From Nitrosopumilus sp. (GTDB taxonomy: Archaea > Thermoproteota > Nitrososphaeria > Nitrososphaerales > Nitrosopumilaceae): a DNA stretch of 64,000 nucleotides. Numbering within the stretch: the stretch's first letter is position 1; each line of letters starts with the position of its first letter. The position numbers were made by a program, and so were the translations under genes. Positions 59,771-64,000 of the stretch are shown in pieces. A model generated the notes under the pieces. It did not search any database and was not told where the DNA came from. It saw nothing but the letters and a program-made list of their open reading frames with translations. Where the stretch lies: contig OZ241857.1 of NCBI GenBank assembly GCA_965203315.1, positions 928,001 through 992,000 on the forward strand. Reading direction: 5' to 3'.

Positions 59771-60388
59771 ATGTCGCTAGATCGTGTCAAGTCATCACTC
59801 GAAGAGATATCGAGATCCCTAGACGATACACAAGATAGACGTGAAGAATTGATAAAGAGTTCACGCGAGATAGTCGTCTTGTGCAGTAAGGCCATATCTG
59901 CTGTACATCGGATGGAACTAGAGTTAGCATTACAAAATACAGAGAGATCGGCTGTACTCATAAAACATCTACGAACAAGAGTCAGAGGAGATCTCGCAAG
60001 ACAGTTGTTGGTACCAGAACAAGAGTATGTAGAGGCGATGGCACTTGTCGCTATATCTCAAAACGATACAATTCCATCGCATAGAGATCTGGATGTATCT
60101 GAAGAGGCATATGTACTAGGACTGCTAGACTGTGTAGGCGAGTTGAAGCGAATGACCCTAGATCATCTACGAAGAGACGCGTCCGATGCTGCAATACAGA
60201 CATTTGAGACTATGGAGACACTGTACCAAGAGTTGTATCATTTTTCCATATATGATAAAGTACTAAAGGAGGTTCGACGCAAGATAGACGTGAATCGCAG
60301 TCTAGTCGAGAGTGTCCGGAGTACAGTAACTGAAGAGATACGCCGTAACAAGTTTGTCGATAGACTTGGTGCGGGCGATGGGATTTGA
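59771..60388 (+). CDS. Translin/TRAX family RNA-binding protein
   Basis: REELIKSSREIV..CSKAI..VH, QEYVEA, YVLGLLDCVGELKR, RRKID. Confidence 0.88.
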   Translation: MSLDRVKSSLEEISRSLDDTQDRREELIKSSREIVVLCSKAISAVHRMELELALQNTERSAVLIKHLRTRVRGDLARQLLVPEQEYVEAMALVAISQNDTIPSHRDLDVSEEAYVLGLLDCVGELKRMTLDHLRRDASDAAIQTFETMETLYQELYHFSIYDKVLKEVRRKIDVNRSLVESVRSTVTEEIRRNKFVDRLGAGDGI

Positions 60389-60454
60389 ACCCACGAACTC
60401 CTGAGAGACTAGCCCCTCAAGCTAGCGCCTTTGACCAGGCTGGGCGACACCCGC
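60367..60454 (-). tRNA. tRNA-Leu(GAG), CCA encoded
   Basis: Reverse complement folds as GCGGGTG/CGCCCGC acceptor, CTAGC-TT-GAG-GG-GCTAG anticodon arm, long variable arm, GTGGG-TTCAAAT-CCCAT, then ACCA. Confidence 0.93.
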
Positions 60455-60506
60455 AACGAAATCTGCCTGTATGGTTTTTATAATCCTTGATTACTGTGTC
60501 GATAGT

Positions 60507-60743
60507 ATGCTAATTCCTGTACGCTGCTTTACATGTGGAAATCTTATCGCAGACAAGTTTGAGAGTTATCAGAGTATGATAAAGGCAGAGCAAGATCCCT
60601 CAGAGGCTCTCGACTCTTTGGGAATTACCAGATACTGTTGTAGAAGGATGTTGTTGACTACGGTGGAGACCATTCAACAGATCATACCATTCTATGAAGC
60701 AATTAATCGGAGAAAGCAGCAAGTTCAATCTGAATTAGAGTAG
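60507..60743 (+). CDS. rpoN: DNA-directed RNA polymerase subunit N (Rpo10)
   Basis: MLIPVRCFTCG, RYCCRRMLL. Confidence 0.96.
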   Translation: MLIPVRCFTCGNLIADKFESYQSMIKAEQDPSEALDSLGITRYCCRRMLLTTVETIQQIIPFYEAINRRKQQVQSELE

Positions 60744-60745
60744 AC

Positions 60746-62047
60746 TTGGACCGTATCACCTCGATCAAAGGCAGAGTTGTGTATAACAGTCGTGGTAGCA
60801 AGACGGTAGAGATAGATGTTAGAGTCGGCGATGTGTTGGGTCGTGTATCTGCACCATCTGGTGCAAGTGTAGGAAGACACGAGGCAACCAGTTTACCAAA
60901 AGGAGCAGCAGATAGTATTGAAACACTACACAACAATGTAGCAAAGTTTGTCGGTCTCGATATAGCGGATCTCAAGTCGATTCATGATACCATTCGAGAT
61001 ATAGATGACACATCAAACTATTCAAAGATAGGTGGTGCAGTAGCATTTGCAGTAACTATTGCAGCTGCAGATGCGGCAGCCAAGATATCAGGTGTGCCAC
61101 TATTTGCTAGCATATCTGATGTACTCTCATCTGTATCAACTGGAACAGCAAATGTATCATCTAATGTATCATCAAGTGTATCAAGTACAGAAAAAAGATT
61201 CAGATTTCCATATCCATTGGGAAACATTCTAGGAGGTGGAGCTCATGCCGGGCCAGGTACTCCAGATATTCAAGAGATTCTAGTATGTGCTGTTGGAGCA
61301 GATAGTATTGAAGATGCAATATCCATAAACCTAGATGTACACAAAGAGTTGCGAAATATCATTCAGAGTCGAGACATCGAGTTTACAAACGGTAGAGGTG
61401 ATGAAGGCGGATGGGCGCCCAGAATGGACAACCAGACAGCACTAGAGGTATCAGCTCAAGCTTGCGAGAGTCTAGGGTATACACTAGGCCAAGAGGTGGC
61501 ATTTGGAGTCGACTTTGCAGCATCTACGCAGTGGGATGAAGAACAGTCCAAGTATGTGTATCAACGAGCAGGCTTTGAGAATACACCAGAGGAGCAGATC
61601 GACTTTGTGTCAGATATTATAAAACGATTCAAGTTGATATATGCAGAGGATGCTGTACACGAAGAAGCGTTTGCAGAGATGGCAGAGATTACATCAAAGT
61701 TTCCCGATGTGATGATCACAGGTGACGACCTAACCGTCACAAACAGTACAATACTAGACAGAGCGATATCACAGAGATCGTGTAATGCAGCAATACTAAA
61801 GGTCAATCAAGCAGGTAGTCTATACGACGCGTTACAGTTTGCAGACCATGCCAATCGACATGATATCCGTCTGATCACATCTCATCGCTCCGGCGAGTCT
61901 ACTGATGCACATATATCACATATTGGCATTGCGACAGGTAGCAAGATGTTAAAGGTAGGAGTGGTCGGTGGCGAACGAGTAGCAAAACTCAACGAGTTGT
62001 TACGTTTATCAGGGCATGATTTAATATGTGGCATGGCAGAGGTCTAG
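60746..62047 (+). CDS. eno: Enolase
   Basis: NSRG..TVE, PSGAS.G.HEA, GDEGG, ILKVNQAG, SHRSGE; carries a Ser-rich insertion. Confidence 0.95.
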   Translation: MDRITSIKGRVVYNSRGSKTVEIDVRVGDVLGRVSAPSGASVGRHEATSLPKGAADSIETLHNNVAKFVGLDIADLKSIHDTIRDIDDTSNYSKIGGAVAFAVTIAAADAAAKISGVPLFASISDVLSSVSTGTANVSSNVSSSVSSTEKRFRFPYPLGNILGGGAHAGPGTPDIQEILVCAVGADSIEDAISINLDVHKELRNIIQSRDIEFTNGRGDEGGWAPRMDNQTALEVSAQACESLGYTLGQEVAFGVDFAASTQWDEEQSKYVYQRAGFENTPEEQIDFVSDIIKRFKLIYAEDAVHEEAFAEMAEITSKFPDVMITGDDLTVTNSTILDRAISQRSCNAAILKVNQAGSLYDALQFADHANRHDIRLITSHRSGESTDAHISHIGIATGSKMLKVGVVGGERVAKLNELLRLSGHDLICGMAEV

Positions 62048-62051
62048 AGTC

Positions 62052-62672
62052 ATGAGCGAACTAGAGATGAACAATATCCAAAAGAAGATACTAAAGACAG
62101 GTATAGGAATAGGTACATCTGTAAAGACCAAGTTTATGATCCCGTTTATCGTAGGCATGAACGATGACAAGGTGTATAGACTTGACATCAAGAAGACGCT
62201 TGCGAGAATAAAGACAGCAGCTAGGTTTGTCAACCATGTTGGAGCAGAGAATCTAGTTGTGTGTTCTAGTCAAGAGTATGTCGAGACTCCGATCGAAAAG
62301 TTTTGTTTGGTGGTCGGCGCCAAAAAGCTCTTTGGCAGATTCATGCCAGGAACACTTACCAATCCATCACTACCAAACTATATCGAACCAAAGTTGGTAC
62401 TGATATCTGATCCTCAACTAGATAGCCAAGCTATAATCGAGGCAACAAATGCAGGCATTCCGGTTATAGGTATAGCAGATACAGACAACATTACATCAAA
62501 CTTGGATATAGTAATTCCAGCAAACAATAGAGGTAGAAAGGCCATAGCGACAGCATACTGGCTACTCGCATATCACATACTTGTAGAGCGAGGAGACTTG
62601 AAAGAGAATGAATCTCCAAAGTACGATATAGACGACTTTGAGACAAAGATGATAGAAGGAAAGAGCGAGTAG
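62052..62672 (+). CDS. rps2: 30S ribosomal protein S2
   Basis: GRFMPGTLTNP, DPQLDSQAIIEA, IPANNRGRKAI; start placed at ATG 62052. Confidence 0.95.
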   Translation: MSELEMNNIQKKILKTGIGIGTSVKTKFMIPFIVGMNDDKVYRLDIKKTLARIKTAARFVNHVGAENLVVCSSQEYVETPIEKFCLVVGAKKLFGRFMPGTLTNPSLPNYIEPKLVLISDPQLDSQAIIEATNAGIPVIGIADTDNITSNLDIVIPANNRGRKAIATAYWLLAYHILVERGDLKENESPKYDIDDFETKMIEGKSE

Positions 62673-62675
62673 AGT

Positions 62676-63719
62676 TTGAGGGTCAAAGCCATAGCACCTG
62701 GCAAAGTGATACTGCTCGGCGAGCACTTTGTTGTACATGGATCACAAGCTGTACTGTGTGCGATAGATAGAGACGTCACGATAACCATGTCAGAACTAGT
62801 TCGTAAAGTATCGATAAAGTCTGACTTGGGTAGCATCAGTGTAAATACTGGTACGCCTATCAACTATATTCCGCTCGAGTTTCGACCAATATACTATATC
62901 GCAGAAAAGGTACTAAAAAGGAGCAACATAGGCGGAGTCAGAATTGTAATAGATTCTAGGATTCCGCCCGGAGCAGGTCTTGGATCATCGTCTGCCTGTT
63001 GTGTTGCAGCAGTTGCCGCAGCTACAGAGTTTGCATACAAGATAACCGATAGATCTAGCTATAAGATAGAGGGCATAGTCGATGATATGATAGAAGAAGT
63101 TATAGAAACGGCGATATTGGCAGAACGGACGATCTTTCCAGATACCTCTGGTATAGACTGCATGGTGTCGGCATATGGCGGTCTTGGGACATATGATGGC
63201 GTCTTTAACAAGAACGAAGATATCGCATATGGTAGAGACGTCGAAGAGATGGAGAGGATAGAAGAGATGGAGGATAGTGTTATCCCCAAGAATGATATGA
63301 AGTTTATAATTGCAGACTCGGGCGTGCGACATAACACACGAGAGATGGTAGATAAAGTTGGCACATACAAGAGACAGAATCCCAAAGAGTTTGACGAGAT
63401 GTGTAACAGTATAAACGAGATGGTACAAGAGATACCAGAGATACTAGTTGCTAGTGATCACAAGAGACTTGGTGCACACATGAACAAGAACCACCAATAT
63501 CTACGAGAGATTGGTGTGTCAAATAATACACTAGATGAGATGGTAGAGTTGGGTTCTACTCCGTATGGTGCAAAGATAACCGGTGCTGGAGGTGGAGGGG
63601 TAGTATGTGCGATCACAGATCGTGCTACAGAGCATGAAATGTTGTCGAGATATCGTAATGCTGGCTATGACTGTGCTGTAGTCGGCATAGCAAACGATGG
63701 CGTTGTAGCTTTTGTGTGA
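62676..63719 (+). CDS. mvk: Mevalonate kinase
   Basis: APGKVILLGEHFVVHG, PPGAGLGSSSA, SGID, KITGAGGGG. Confidence 0.93.
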   Translation: MRVKAIAPGKVILLGEHFVVHGSQAVLCAIDRDVTITMSELVRKVSIKSDLGSISVNTGTPINYIPLEFRPIYYIAEKVLKRSNIGGVRIVIDSRIPPGAGLGSSSACCVAAVAAATEFAYKITDRSSYKIEGIVDDMIEEVIETAILAERTIFPDTSGIDCMVSAYGGLGTYDGVFNKNEDIAYGRDVEEMERIEEMEDSVIPKNDMKFIIADSGVRHNTREMVDKVGTYKRQNPKEFDEMCNSINEMVQEIPEILVASDHKRLGAHMNKNHQYLREIGVSNNTLDEMVELGSTPYGAKITGAGGGGVVCAITDRATEHEMLSRYRNAGYDCAVVGIANDGVVAFV

Positions 63720-63734
63720 TAAAGACTGCGTCAC

Positions 63735-63909
63735 GGTTCTGTTCAATTGATGGGGGTTGGCATTTTCTGCACAAAATTCTCGAAAAATTTTGCAAAGTAT
63801 GGAAACGGCCTCAGAATGACTATCGTAAACTACTGCTGTTGAGTCACATATTGTGCGTTCTTTAAGATAACATCATGACGATCTCAACCTCCGTCAATTG
63901 AACAGAACC
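63735..63909 (-). mobile_element. MITE, GGTTCTGTT-ended family, copy 2
   Basis: TIR GGTTCTGTTCAATTGA / TCAATTGAACAGAACC; CAC on both flanks. Confidence 0.88.
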
Positions 63910-64000
63910 CACCATCTTGATACTATGTCTAGCTTTGTGGAATGGTTTCCAAAAAACAGAGGTCATAGTTTTAATTTACCACGACATACTAGAACACATG

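Overview
Chromosomal segment of an ammonia-oxidising archaeon (Nitrososphaerota/Thaumarchaeota, Nitrosopumilaceae-like). The assignment rests on a fused rpoA'/A'', PEFG-CTERM and CFI-box-CTERM surface proteins, archaeal ribosomal genes and a two-intron tRNA. The backbone is housekeeping: alaS-leuS; rpoH-rpoB-rpoA-Lsm-rpl30e-nusA-rps12-rps7; larC-larE-iscS with mdh-larB; a Grs-like B12 radical SAM enzyme; MCO-ZIP; rps13-rps4; glmS, cobT and nnrE; translin-tRNA-Leu-rpoN-eno-rps2-mvk. It is interrupted by many small accessory insertions: four MITE families (about 10 copies), deleted IS1595 and IS481 derivatives, an inactivated hicBA pair, a duplicated orphan gene, a split defence-like gene and several simple-sequence repeats. 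This pattern suggests, by inference only, a host-associated lineage such as a sponge symbiont. The most unusual signal is two unrelated sites, the tRNA-Gln/rps7 junction and the rpoH 3' end. At each, 36-37 bp of chromosome is duplicated around a unique 34-38 bp insert, the geometry of a single CRISPR spacer-integration event outside any array. No cas genes or true CRISPR array are visible in the window. All calls come from reading the sequence and ORF track by eye; no database searches were run.
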